Source: Auanema rhodensis
Taxonomy: Eukaryota; Animalia; Nematoda
DNA length: 64,000 nucleotides
Reading direction: 5' to 3'
Assembly: GCA_964057225.1 (NCBI GenBank)
Contig: OZ059894.1
Span: forward strand, 4,960,001-5,024,000
The notes under the pieces were generated by a model. That model made no database searches, had not been told where the DNA came from, and worked only from the letters and a program-made list of their open reading frames with translations. This document shows positions 1 through 12,300 of this stretch, one piece after another. Numbering within the stretch: position 1 is the first letter of the stretch; each line of letters opens with the position of its first letter. The translations under genes and the position numbers were made by a program.

Positions 1-37
1 ATTTGCGCTAGCTTAAAAATGCACCGAGATATCAACT

Positions 38-59
38 GATATAAGTTCACACTTATATC
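38..59. repeat. Intra-monomer inverted repeat 1 (9-bp stem, 4-nt loop), present in nearly every monomer
   Basis: GATATAAGT-tcac-ACTTATATC, perfect reverse complement. Confidence 0.95.
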
Positions 60-161
60 CTCGATTTTCACCCTGAAGAATTAATTTTTTCGTTGAATAA
101 CATTGTCCATCGTCTTTGCCTGGAAAAAAGGAATCTAAAAACATCTACTTTTTGCTAAATT

Positions 162-196
162 ATTTTGAAATTTTTCGAAAAAATTTTTGTCAAAAT
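162..196. repeat. Intra-monomer inverted repeat 2: 12-bp perfect palindrome within an imperfect 35-bp dyad
   Basis: TTTTTCGAAAAA (171-182), flanked by ATTTTGA (162-168) and TCAAAAT (190-196). Confidence 0.9.
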
Positions 197-208
197 GTTT
201 TTGGAAGC

Positions 209-238
209 TATGTTGAGTGTACATGGAAACTCAACATA
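209..238. repeat. Intra-monomer inverted repeat 3 (10-bp stem, 10-nt loop)
   Basis: TATGTTGAGT-gtacatggaa-ACTCAACATA. The stem is 9 bp in copies carrying A209. Confidence 0.95.
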
Positions 239-320
239 CACTAATGCATTATTTTTCAAACGATCATAACTAATTTTTGTATTAAGCGTTCCTCAATGTA
301 GTATAGTGCATTCGATGCGG

Positions 321-371
321 ATTTTTAAGCTGCGTCGATCTGTGTTATCAGATTTGCGCTAGCTTAAAAAT
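321..371. repeat. Inverted repeat 4: 51-bp imperfect hairpin spanning the monomer junction as phased here
   Basis: ATTTTTAAGCT (321-331) pairs with AGCTTAAAAAT (361-371), then GCG/CGC, then ATCTG (338-342) with CAGAT (349-353), around the loop TGTTAT. Confidence 0.9.
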
Positions 372-3300
372 GCACCGAGATGTCAACTGATATAAGTTCA
401 CACTTATATCCTTGATTTTCACCCTGGAGAATTAATTTTTTCGTTGAATAACATTGTCCATCGTCTTTGCCTTGAAAAAAGGAATCTAAAAACATCTACT
501 TTTTGCTAAATTATTTTGAAATTTTTCGAAAAAATTTTTGTCAAAATGTTTTTGGAAGCAATGTTGAGTGTACATGGAAACTCAACATACACTAATGCAT
601 CATTTTTCAAACGATCATAACTAATTTTTGTATTAAGCGTTCCTCAATGTAGTATAGTGCATTCGATGCGGATTTTTAAGCTGCGTCGATCTGTGTTATC
701 AGATTTGCGCTAGCTTAAAAATGCACCGAGATATCAACTGATATAAGTTCACACTTATATCCTTGATTTTCACCCTGGAGAATTAATTTTTTCGTTGAAT
801 AACATTGTCCATCGTCTTTGCCTTGGAAAAAGGAATCTAAAAACATCTACTTTTTGCTAAATTATTTTGAAATTTTTCGAAAAAATTTTTGTCAAAATGT
901 TTTTGGAAGCAATGTTGAGTGTACATGGAAACTCAACATACACTAATGCATCATTTTTCAAACGATCATAACTAATTTTTGTATTAAGCGTTCCTCAATG
1001 TAGTATAGTGCATTCGATGCGGATTTTTAAGCTGCGTCGATCTGTGTTATCAGATTTGCGCTAGCTTAAAAATGCACCGAGATATCAACTGATAAAAGTT
1101 CACACTTATATCCTCGATTTTCACCCTGAAGAATTAATTTTTTCGTTGAATAACATTGTCCATCGTCTTTGCCTGGAAAAAAGGAATCTAAAAACATCTA
1201 CTTTTTGCTAAATTATTTTGAAATTTTTCGAAAAAATTTTTGTCAAAATGTTTTTGGAAGCTATGTTGAGTGTACATGGAAACTCAACATACACTAATGC
1301 ATTATTTTTCAAACGATCATAACTAATTTTTGTATTAAGCGTTCCTCAATGTAGTATAGTGCATTCGATGCGGATTTTTAAGCTGCGTCGATCTGTGTTA
1401 TCAGATTTGCGCTAGCTTAAAAATGCACCGAGATATCAACTGATATAAGTTCACACTTATATCCTTGATTTTCACCCTGGAGAATTAATTTTTTCGTTGA
1501 ATAACATTGTCCATCGTCTTTGCCTTGAAAAAAGGAATCTAAAAACATCTACTTTTTGCTAAATTATTTTGAAATTTTTCGAAAAAATTTTTGTCAAAAT
1601 GTTTTTGGAAGCAATGTTGAGTGTACATGGAAACTCAACATACACTAATGCATCATTTTTCAAACGATCATAACTAATTTTTGTATTAAGCGTTCCTCAA
1701 TGTAGTATAGTGCATTCGATGCGGATTTTTAAGCTGCGTCGATCTGTGTTATCAGATTTGCGCTAGCTTAAAAATGCACCGAGATATCAACTGATATAAG
1801 TTCACACTTATATCCTCGATTTTCACCCTGAAGAATTAATTTTTTCGTTGAATAACATTGTCCATCGTCTTTGCCTTGAAAAAAGAAATCTAAAAACATC
1901 TACTTTTTGCTAAATTATTTTGAAATTTTTCGAAAAAATTTTTGTCAAAATGTTTTTGGAAGCTATGTTGAGTGTACATGGAAACTCAACATACACTAAT
2001 GCATCATTTTTCAAACGATCATAACTAATTTTTGTATTAAGCGTTTCTCAAAGTAGTATAGTGCATTCGATGCGGATTTCCAAGCTGCGTCGATCTGTGT
2101 TATCAGATTTGCGCTAGCTTAAAAATGCACCGAGATATCAACTGATATAAGTTCACACTTATATCCTCGATTTTCACCCTGAAGAATTAATTTTTTCGTT
2201 GAATAACATTGTCCATCGTCTTTGCCTTGAAAAAAGGAATCTAAAAACATCTACTTTTTGCTAAATTATTTTGAAATTTTTCGAAAAAATTTTTGTCAAA
2301 ATGTTTTTGGAAGCTATGTTGAGTGTACATGGAAACTCAACATACACTTATGCATCATTTTTCAAACGATCATAACTAATTTTTGTATTAAGCGTTCCTC
2401 AATGTAGTATAGTGCATTCGATGCGGATTTTTAAGCTGCGTCGATCTGTGTTATCAGATTTGCGCTAGCTTAAAAATGCACCGAGATATCAACTGATATA
2501 AGTTCACACTTATATCCTTGATTTTCACCCTGGAGAATTAATTTTTTCGTTGAATAACATTGTCCATCGTCTTTGCCTTGAAAAAAGGAATCTAAAAACA
2601 TCTACTTTTTGCTAAATTATTTTGAAATTTTTCGAAAAAATTTTTGTCAAAATGTTTTTGGAAGCTATGTTGAGTGTACATGGAAACTCAACATACACTA
2701 ATGCATTATTTTTCAAACGATCATAACTAATTTTTGTATTAAGCGTTCCTCAATGTAGTATAGTGCATTCGATGCGGATTTTTAAGCTGCGTCGATCTGT
2801 GTTATCAGATTTGCGCTAGCTTAAAAATGCACCGAGATATCAACTGATATAAGTTCACACTTATATCCTTGATTTTCACCCTGGAGAATTAATTTTTTCG
2901 TTGAATAACATTGTCCATCGTCTTTGCCTTGGAAAAAGGAATCTAAAAACATCTACTTTTTGCTAAATTATTTTGAAATTTTTCGAAAAAATTTTTGTCA
3001 AAATGTTTTTGGAAGCAATGTTGAGTGTACATGGAAACTCAACATACACTAATGCATCATTTTTCAAACGATCATAACTAATTTTTGTATTAAGCGTTCC
3101 TCAATGTAGTATAGTGCATTCGATGCGGATTTTTAAGCTGCGTCGATCTGTGTTATCAGATTTGCGCTAGCTTGAAAATGCACCGAGATATCAACTGATA
3201 TAAGTTCACACTTATATCCTCGATTTTCACCCTGAAGAATTAATTTTTTCGTTGAATAACATTGTCCATCGTCTTTGCCTTGAAAAAAGGAATCTAAAAA

Positions 3301-6300
3301 CATCTACTTTTTGCTAAATTATTTTGAAATTTTTCGAAAAAATTTTTGTCAAAATGTTTTTGGAAGCTATGTTGAGTGTACATGGAAACTCAACATACAC
3401 TAATGCATTATTTTTCAAACGATCATAACTAATTTTTGTATTAAGCGTTCCTCAATGTAGTATAGTGCATTCGATGCGGATTTTTAAGCTGCGTCGATCT
3501 GTGTTATCAGATTTGCGCTAGCTTAAAAATGCACCGAGATATCAACTGATATAAGTTCACACTTATATCCTTGATTTTCACCCTGGAGAATTAATTTTTT
3601 CGTTGAATAACATTGTCCATCGTCTTTGCCTTGGAAAAAGGAATCTAAAAACATCTACTTTTTGCTAAATTATTTTGAAATTTTTCGAAAAAATTTTTGT
3701 CAAAATGTTTTTGGAAGCAATGTTGAGTGTACATGGAAACTCAACATACACTAATGCATCATTTTTCAAACGATCATAACTAATTTTTGTATTAAGCGTT
3801 CCTCAATGTAGTATAGTGCATTCGATGCGGATTTTTAAGCTGCGTCGATCTGTGTTATCAGATTTGCGCTAGCTTAAAAATGCACCGAGATATCAACTGA
3901 TATAAGTTCACACTTATATCCTTGATTTTCACCCTGGAGAATTAATTTTTTCGTTGAATAACATTGTCCATCGTCTTTGCCTTGAAGAAAGGAATCTAAA
4001 AACATCTACTTTTTGCTAAATTATTTTGAAATTTTTCGAAAAAATTTTTGTCAAAATGTTTTTGGAAGCTATGTTGAGTGTACATGGAAACTCAACATAC
4101 ACTAATGCATCATTTTTCAAACGATCATAACTAATTTTTGTATTAAGCGTTTCTCAAAGTAGTATAGTGCATTCGATGCGGATTTTCAAGTTGCGTCGAT
4201 CTGTGTTATCAGATTTGCGCTAGCTTAAAAATGCACCGAGATATCAACTGATATAAGTTCACACTTATATCCTCGATTTTCACCCTGAAGAATTAATTTT
4301 TTCGTTGAATAACATTGTCGATCGTCTTTGTCTTGGAAAAAGGAATCTAAAAACATCTACTTTTTGCTAAATTATTTTGAAATTTTTCGAAAAAATTTTT
4401 GTCAAAATGTTTTTGGAAGCAATGTTGAGTGTACATGGAAACTCAACATACACTAATGCATCATTTTTCAAACGATCATAACTAATTTTTGTATTAAGCG
4501 TTCCTCAATGTAGTATAGTGCATTCGATGCGGATTTTTAAGCTGCGTCGATCTGTGTTATCAGATTTGCGCTAGCTTGAAAATGCACCGAGATATCAACT
4601 GATATAAGTTCACACTTATATCCTCGATTTTCACCCTGAAGAATTAATTTTTTCGTTGAATAACATTGTCCATCGTCTTTGCCTTGAAAAAAGAAATCTA
4701 AAAACATCTACTTTTTGCTAAATTATTCTGAAATTTTTCGAAAAAATTTTTGTCAAAATGTTTTTGGAAGCTATGTTGAGTGTACATGGAAACTCAACAT
4801 ACACTAATGCATCATTTTTCAAACGATCATAACTAATTTTTGTATTAAGCGTTTCTCAAAGTAGTATAGTGCATTCGATGCGGATTTCCAAGCTGCGTCG
4901 ATCTGTGTTATCAGATTTGCGCTAGCTTAAAAATGCACCGAGATATCAACTGATATAAGTTCACACTTATATCCTCCATTTTCACCCTGAAGAATTAATT
5001 TTTTCGTTGAATAACATCGTCCATCGTCTTTGCCTTGAAAAAAGGAATCTAAAAACATCTACTTTTTGCTAAATTATTTTGAAATTTTTCGAAAAAATTT
5101 TTGTCAAAATGTTTTTGGAAGCTATGTTGAGTGTACATGGAAACTCAACATACACTTATGCATCATTTTTCAAACGATCATAACTAATTTTTGTATTAAG
5201 CGTTCCTCAATGTAGTATAGTGCATTCGATGCGGATTTTTAAGCTGCGTCGATCTGTGTTATCAGATTTGCGCTAGCTTAAAAATGCACCGAGATATCAA
5301 CTGATATATGTTCACACTTATATCCTTGATTTTCACCCTGAAGAATTAATTTTTTCGTTGAATAACATTGTCCATCGTCTTTGCCTTGAAAAAAGAAATC
5401 TAAAAACATCTACTTTTTGCTAAATTATTTTGAAATTTTTCGAAAAAATTTTTGTCAAAATGTTTTTGGAAGCTATGTTGAGTGTACATGGAAACTCAAC
5501 ATACACTAATGCATCATTTTTCAAACGATCATAACTAATTTTTGTATTAAGCGTTTCTCAAAGTAGTATAGTGCATTCGATGCGGATTTCCAAGCTGCGT
5601 CGATCTGTGTTATCAGATTTGCGCTAGCTTAAAAATGCACCGAGATATCAACTGATATAAGTTCACACTTATATCCTCCATTTTCACCCTGAAGAATTAA
5701 TTTTTTCGTTGAATAACATCGTCCATCGTCTTTGCCTTGAAAAAAGGAATCTAAAAACATCTACTTTTTGCTAAATTATTTTGAAATTTTTCGAAAAAAT
5801 TTTTGTCAAAATGTTTTTGGAAGCTATGTTGAGTGTACATGGAAACTCAACATACACTAATGCATCATTTTTCAAACGATCATAACTAATTTTTGTATTA
5901 AGCGTTTCTCAAAGTAGTATAGTGCATTCGATGCGGATTTTCAAGTTGCGTCGATCTGTGTTATCAGATTTGCGCTAGCTTAAAAATGCACCGAGATATC
6001 AACTGATATAAGTTCACACTTATATCCTCGATTTTCACCCTGAAGAATTAATTTTTTCGTTGAATAACATTGTCGATCGTCTTTGTCTTGAAAAAAAGAA
6101 TCTAAAAACATCTACTTTTTGCTAAATTATTTTGAAATTTTTCGAAAAAATTTTTGTCAAAATGTTTTTGGAAGCTATGTTGAGTGTACATGGAAACTCA
6201 ACATACACTAATGCATTATTTTTCAAACGATCATAACTAATTTTTGTATTAAGCGTTCCTCAATGTAGTATAGTGCATTCGATGCGGATTTTTAAGCTGC

Positions 6301-9300
6301 GTCGATCTGTGTTATCAGATTTGCGCTAGCTTAAAAATGCACCGAGATATCAACTGATATAAGTTCACACTTATATCCTTGATTTTCACCCTGGAGAATT
6401 AATTTTTTCGTTGAATAACATTGTCCATCGTCTTTGCCTTGAAAAAAGGAATCTAAAAACATCTACTTTTTGCTAAATTATTTTGAAATTTTTCGAAAAA
6501 ATTTTTGTCAAAATGTTTTTGGAAGCTATGTTGAGTGTACATGGAAACTCAACATACACTAATGCATCATTTTTCAAACGATCATAACTAATTTTTGTAT
6601 TAAGCGTTTCTCAAAGTAGTATAGTGCATTCGATGCGGATTTCCAAGCTGCGTCGATCTGTGTTATCAGATTTGCGCTAGCTTAAAAATGCACCGAGATA
6701 TCAACTGATATAAGTTCACACTTATATCCTCCATTTTCACCCTGAAGAATTAATTTTTTCGTTGAATAACATCGTCCATCGTCTTTGCCTTGAAAAAAGG
6801 AATCTAAAAACATCTACTTTTTGCTAAATTATTTTGAAATTTTTCGAAAAAATTTTTGTCAAAATGTTTTTGGAAGCTATGTTGAGTGTACATGGAAACT
6901 CAACATACACTAATGCATCATTTTTCAAACGATCATAACTAATTTTTGTATTAAGCGTTTCTCAAAGTAGTATAGTGCATTCGATGCGGATTTCCAAGCT
7001 GCGTCGATCTGTGTTATCAGATTTGCGCTAGCTTAAAAATGCACCGAGATATCAACTGATATAAGTTCACACTTATATCCTCCATTTTCACCCTGAAGAA
7101 TTAATTTTTTCGTTGAATAACATTGTCCATCGTCTTTGCCTTGAAAAAAGGAATCTAAAAACATCTACTTTTTGCTAAATTATTTTGAAATTTTTCGAAA
7201 AAATTTTTGTCAAAATGTTTTTGGAAGCTATGTTGAGTGTACATGGAAACTCAACATACACTTATGCATCATTTTTCAAACGATCATAACTAATTTTTGT
7301 ATTAAGCGTTCCTCAATGTAGTATAGTGCATTCGATGCGGATTTTTAAGCTGCGTCGATCTGTGTTATCAGATTTGCGCTAGCTTAAAAATGCACCGAGA
7401 TATCAACTGATATAAGTTCACACTTATATCCTTGATTTTCACCCTGGAGAATTAATTTTTTCGTTGAATAACATTGTCCATCGTCTTTGCCTTGAAAAAA
7501 GGAATCTAAAAACATCTACTTTTTGCTAAATTATTTTGAAATTTTTCGAAAAAATTTTTGTCAAAATGTTTTTGGAAGCTATGTTGAGTGTACATGGAAA
7601 CTCAACATACACTTATGCATCATTTTTCAAACGATCATAACTAATTTTTGTATTAAGCGTTCCTCAATGTAGTATAGTGCATTCGATGCGGATTTTTAAG
7701 CTGCGTCGATCTGTGTTATCAGATTTGCGCTAGCTTAAAAATGCACCGAGATATCAACTGATATAAGTTCACACTTATATCCTTAATTTTCACCCTGGAG
7801 AATTAATTTTTTCGTTGAATAACATTGTCCATCGTCTTTGCCTTGAAAAAAGGAATCTAAAAACATCTACTTTTTGCTAAATTATTTTGAAATTTTTCGA
7901 AAACATTTTTGTCAAAATGTTTTTGGAAGCAATGTTGAGTGTACATGGAAACTCAACATACACTAATGCATCATTTTTCAAACGATCATAACTAATTTTT
8001 GTATTAAGCGTTCCTCAATGTAGTATAGTGCATTCGATGCGGATTTTTAAGCTGCGTCGATCTGTGTTATCAGATTTGCGCTAGCTTAAAAATGCACACT
8101 TATATCACCTGATATAAGTTCACACTTATATCCTCGATTTTCACCCTGAAGAATTAATTTTTTCGTTGAATAACATTGTCCATCGTCTTTGCCTTGAAAA
8201 AAGGAATCTAAAAACATCTACTTTTTGCTAAATTATTTTGAAATTTTTCGAAAAAATTTTTGTCAAAATGTTTTTGGAAGCAATGTTGAGTGTACATGGA
8301 AACTCAACATACACTAATGCATCATTTTTCAAACGATCATAACTAATTTTTGTATTAAGCGTTCCTCAATGTAGTATAGTGCATTCGATGCGGATTTTTA
8401 AGCTGCGTCGATCTGTGTTATCAGATTTGCGCTAGCTTAAAAATGCACACTTATATCACCTGATATAAGTTCACACTTATATCCTCGATTTTCACCCTGA
8501 AGAATTAATTTTTTCGTTGAATAACATTGTCCATCGTCTTTGCCTTGAAAAAAGGAATCTAAAAACATCTACTTTTTGCTAAATTATTTTGAAATTTTTC
8601 GAAAAAATTTTTGTCAAAATGTTTTTGGAAGCTATGTTGAGTGTACATGGAAACTCAACATACACTAATGCATCATTTTTCAAACGATCATAACTAATTT
8701 TTGTATTAAGCGTTTCTCAAAGTAGTATAGTGCATTCGATGCGGATTTTCAAGTTGCGTCGATCTGTGTTATCAGATTTGCGCTAGCTTAAAAATGCACC
8801 GAGATATCAACTGATATAAGTTCACACTTATATCCTCGATTTTCACCCTGAAGAATTAATTTTTTCGTTGAATAACATTGTCCATCGTCTTTGCCTTGAA
8901 AAAAGGAATCTAAAAACATCTACTTTTTGCTAAATTATTTTGAAATTTTTCGAAAAAATTTTTGTCAAAATGTTTTTGGAAGCTATGTTGAGTGTACATG
9001 GAAACTCAACATACACTTATGCATCATTTTTCAAACGATCATAACTAATTTTTGTATTAAGCGTTCCTCAATGTAGTATAGTGCATTCGATGCGGATTTT
9101 TAAGCTGCGTCGATCTGTGTTATCAGATTTGCGCTAGCTTAAAAATGCACCGAGATATCAACTGATATAAGTTCACACTTATATCCTTGATTTTCACCCT
9201 GAAGAATTAATTTTTTCGTTGAATAACATTGTCCATCGTCTTTGCCTTAAAAAAAGGAATCTAAAAACATCTACTTTTTGCTAAATTATTTTGAAATTTT

Positions 9301-12300
9301 TCGAAAAAATTTTTGTCAAAATGTTTTTGGAAGCTATGTTGAGTGTACATGGAAACTCAACATACACTAATGCATCATTTTTCAAACGATCATAACTAAT
9401 TTTTGTATTAAGCGTTTCTCAAAGTAGTATAGTGCATTCGATGCGGATTTCCAAGCTGCGTCGATCTGTGTTATCAGATTTGCGCTAGCTTAAAAATGCA
9501 CCGAGATATCAACTGATATAAGTTCACACTTATATCCTTGATTTTCACCCTGGAGAATTAATTTTTTCGTTGAATAACATTGTCCATCGTCTTTGCCTTG
9601 AAAAAAGGAATCTAAAAACATCTACTTTTTGCTAAATTATTTTGAAATTTTTCGAAAAAAGTTTTGTCAAAATGTTTTTGGAAGCTATGTTGAGTGTACA
9701 TGGAAACTCAACATACACTTATGCATCATTTTTCAAACGATCATAACTAATTTTTGTATTAAGCGTTCCTCAATGTAGTATAGTGCATTCGATGCGGATT
9801 TTTAAGTTGCGTCGATCTGTGTTATCAGATTTGCGCTAGCTTAAAAATGCACCGAGATATCAACTGATATAAGTTCACACTTATATCCTCGATTTTCACC
9901 CTGAAGAATTAATTTTTTCGTTGAATAACATTGTCCATCGTCTTTGCCTTGAAAAAAGGAATCTAAAAACATCTACTTTTTGCTAAATTATTCTGAAATT
10001 TTTCGAAAAAATTTTTGTCAAAATGTTTTTGGAAGCTATGTTGAGTGTACATGGAAACTCAACATACACTAATGCATCATTTTTCAAACGATCATAACTA
10101 ATTTTTGTATTAAGCGTTTCTCAAAGTAGTATAGTGCATTCGATGCGGATTTCCAAGCTGCGTCGATCTGTGTTATCAGATTTGCGCTAGCTTAAAAATG
10201 CACCGAGATATCAACTGATATAAGTTCACACTTATATCCTCCATTTTCACCCTGAAGAATTAATTTTTTCGTTGAATAACATCGTCCATCGTCTTTGCCT
10301 TGAAAAAAGGAATCTAAAAACATCTACTTTTTGCTAAATTATTTTGAAATTTTTCGAAAAAATTTTTGTCAAAATGTTTTTGGAAGCTATGTTGAGTGTA
10401 CATGGAAACTCAACATACACTTATGCATCATTTTTCAAACGATCATAACTAATTTTTGTATTAAGCGTTCCTCAATGTAGTATAGTGCATTCGATGCGGA
10501 TTTTTAAGTTGCGTCGATCTGTGTTATCAGATTTGCGCTAGCTTAAAAATGCACCGAGATATCAACTGATATAAGTTCACACTTATATCCTCCATTTTCA
10601 CCCTGAAGAATTAATTTTTTCGTTGAATAACATCGTCCATCGTCTTTGCCTTGAAAAAAGGAATCTGAAAACATCTACTTTTTGCTAAATTATTTTGAAA
10701 TTTTTCGAAAAAATTTTTGTCAAAATGTTTTTGGAAGCTATGTTGAGTGTACATGGAAACTCAACATACACTTATGCATCATTTTTCAAACGATCATAAC
10801 TAATTTTTGTATTAAGCGTTTCTCAAAGTAGTATAGTGCATTCGATGCGGATTTCCAAGCTGCGTCGATCTGTGTTATCAGATTTGCGCTAGCTTAAAAA
10901 TGCACCGAGATATCAACTGATATAAGTTCACACTTATATCCTCCATTTTCACCCTGAAGAATTAATTTTTTCGTTGAATAACATCGTCCATCGTCTTTGC
11001 CTTGAAAAAAGGAATCTGAAAACATCTACTTTTTGCTAAATTATTTTGAAATTTTTCGAAAAAATTTTTGTTAAAATGTTTTTGGAAGCTATGTTGAGTG
11101 TACATGGAAACTCAACATACACTTATGCATCATTTTTCAAACGATCATAACTAATTTTTGTATTAAGCGTTCCTCAATGTAGTATAGTGCATTCGATGCG
11201 GATTTTTAAGTTGCGTCGATCTGTGTTATCAGATTTGCGCTAGCTTAAAAATGCACCGAGATATCAACTGATATAAGTTCACACTTATATCCTCGATTTT
11301 CACCCTGAAGAATTAATTTTTTCGTTGAATAACATTGTCCATCGTCTTTGCCTTGAAAAAAGGAATCTAAAAACATCTACTTTTTGCTAAATTATTTTGA
11401 AATTTTTCGAAAAAATTTTTGTCAAAATGTTTTTGGAAACTATGTTGAGTGTACATGGAAACTCAACATACACTAATGCATCATTTTTCAAACGATCATA
11501 ACTAATTTTTGTATTAAGCGTTTCTCAAAGTAGTATAGTGCATTCGATGCGGATTTCCAAGCTGCGTCGATCTGTGTTATCAGATTTGCGCTAGCTTAAA
11601 AATGCACCGAGATATCAACTGATATAAGTTCACACTTATATCCTCCATTTTCACCCTGAAGAATTAATTTTTTCGTTGAATAACATCGTCCATCGTCTTT
11701 GCCTTGAAAAAAGGAATCTAAAAACATCTACTTTTTGCTAAATTATTTTGAAATTTTTCGAAAAAATTTTTGTCAAAATGTTTTTGGAAGCTATGTTGAG
11801 TGTACATGGAAACTCAACATACACTTATGCATCATTTTTCAAACGATCATAACTAATTTTTGTATTAAGCGTTCCTCAATGTAGTATAGTGCATTCGATG
11901 CGGATTTTTAAGCTGCGTCGATCTGTGTTATCAGATTTGCGCTAGCTTAAAAATGCACCGAGATATCAACTGATATAAGTTCACACTTATATCCTTGATT
12001 TTCACCCTGGAGAATTAATTTTTTCGTTGAATAACATTGTCCATCGTCTTTGCCTTGAAAAAAGGAATCTAAAAACATCTACTTTTTGCTAAATTATTTT
12101 GAAATTTTTCGAAAAAATTTTTGTCAAAATGTTTTTGGAAGCAATGTTGAGTGTACATGGAAACTCAACATACACTAATGCATCATTTTTCAAACGATCA
12201 TAACTAATTTTTGTATTAAGCGTTTCTCAAAGTAGTATAGTGCATTCGATGCGGATTTTCAAGTTGCGTCGATCTGTGTTATCAGATTTGCGCTAGCTTA

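Larger units (their letters stand above)
1..351. repeat. Representative satellite monomer (arbitrary phase), AT-rich with many A/T tracts
   Basis: 111 of 351 bases are G+C by hand count. It carries NheI (7-12), EcoRV (28-33), BstBI (174-179), BsrGI (218-223) and NsiI (244-249) sites. Confidence 0.98.

Noticed and set aside
88-104. CENP-B box-like TTTCGTTGAATAACATT
   Set aside because: It matches TTCG and the central A but lacks the essential CGGG half.
1-351. Tandem rRNA (5S), tRNA or snRNA gene unit
   Set aside because: I see no recognisable 5S sequence, tRNA cloverleaf or Pol III boxes. An Infernal/Rfam scan would settle it.
1-351. Assignment to a named 350-360 bp insect satellite (for example Drosophila 1.688/359-bp or tenebrionid beetle satellites)
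   Set aside because: Only the length and AT richness are similar. I do not recognise sequence identity and cannot run a search.
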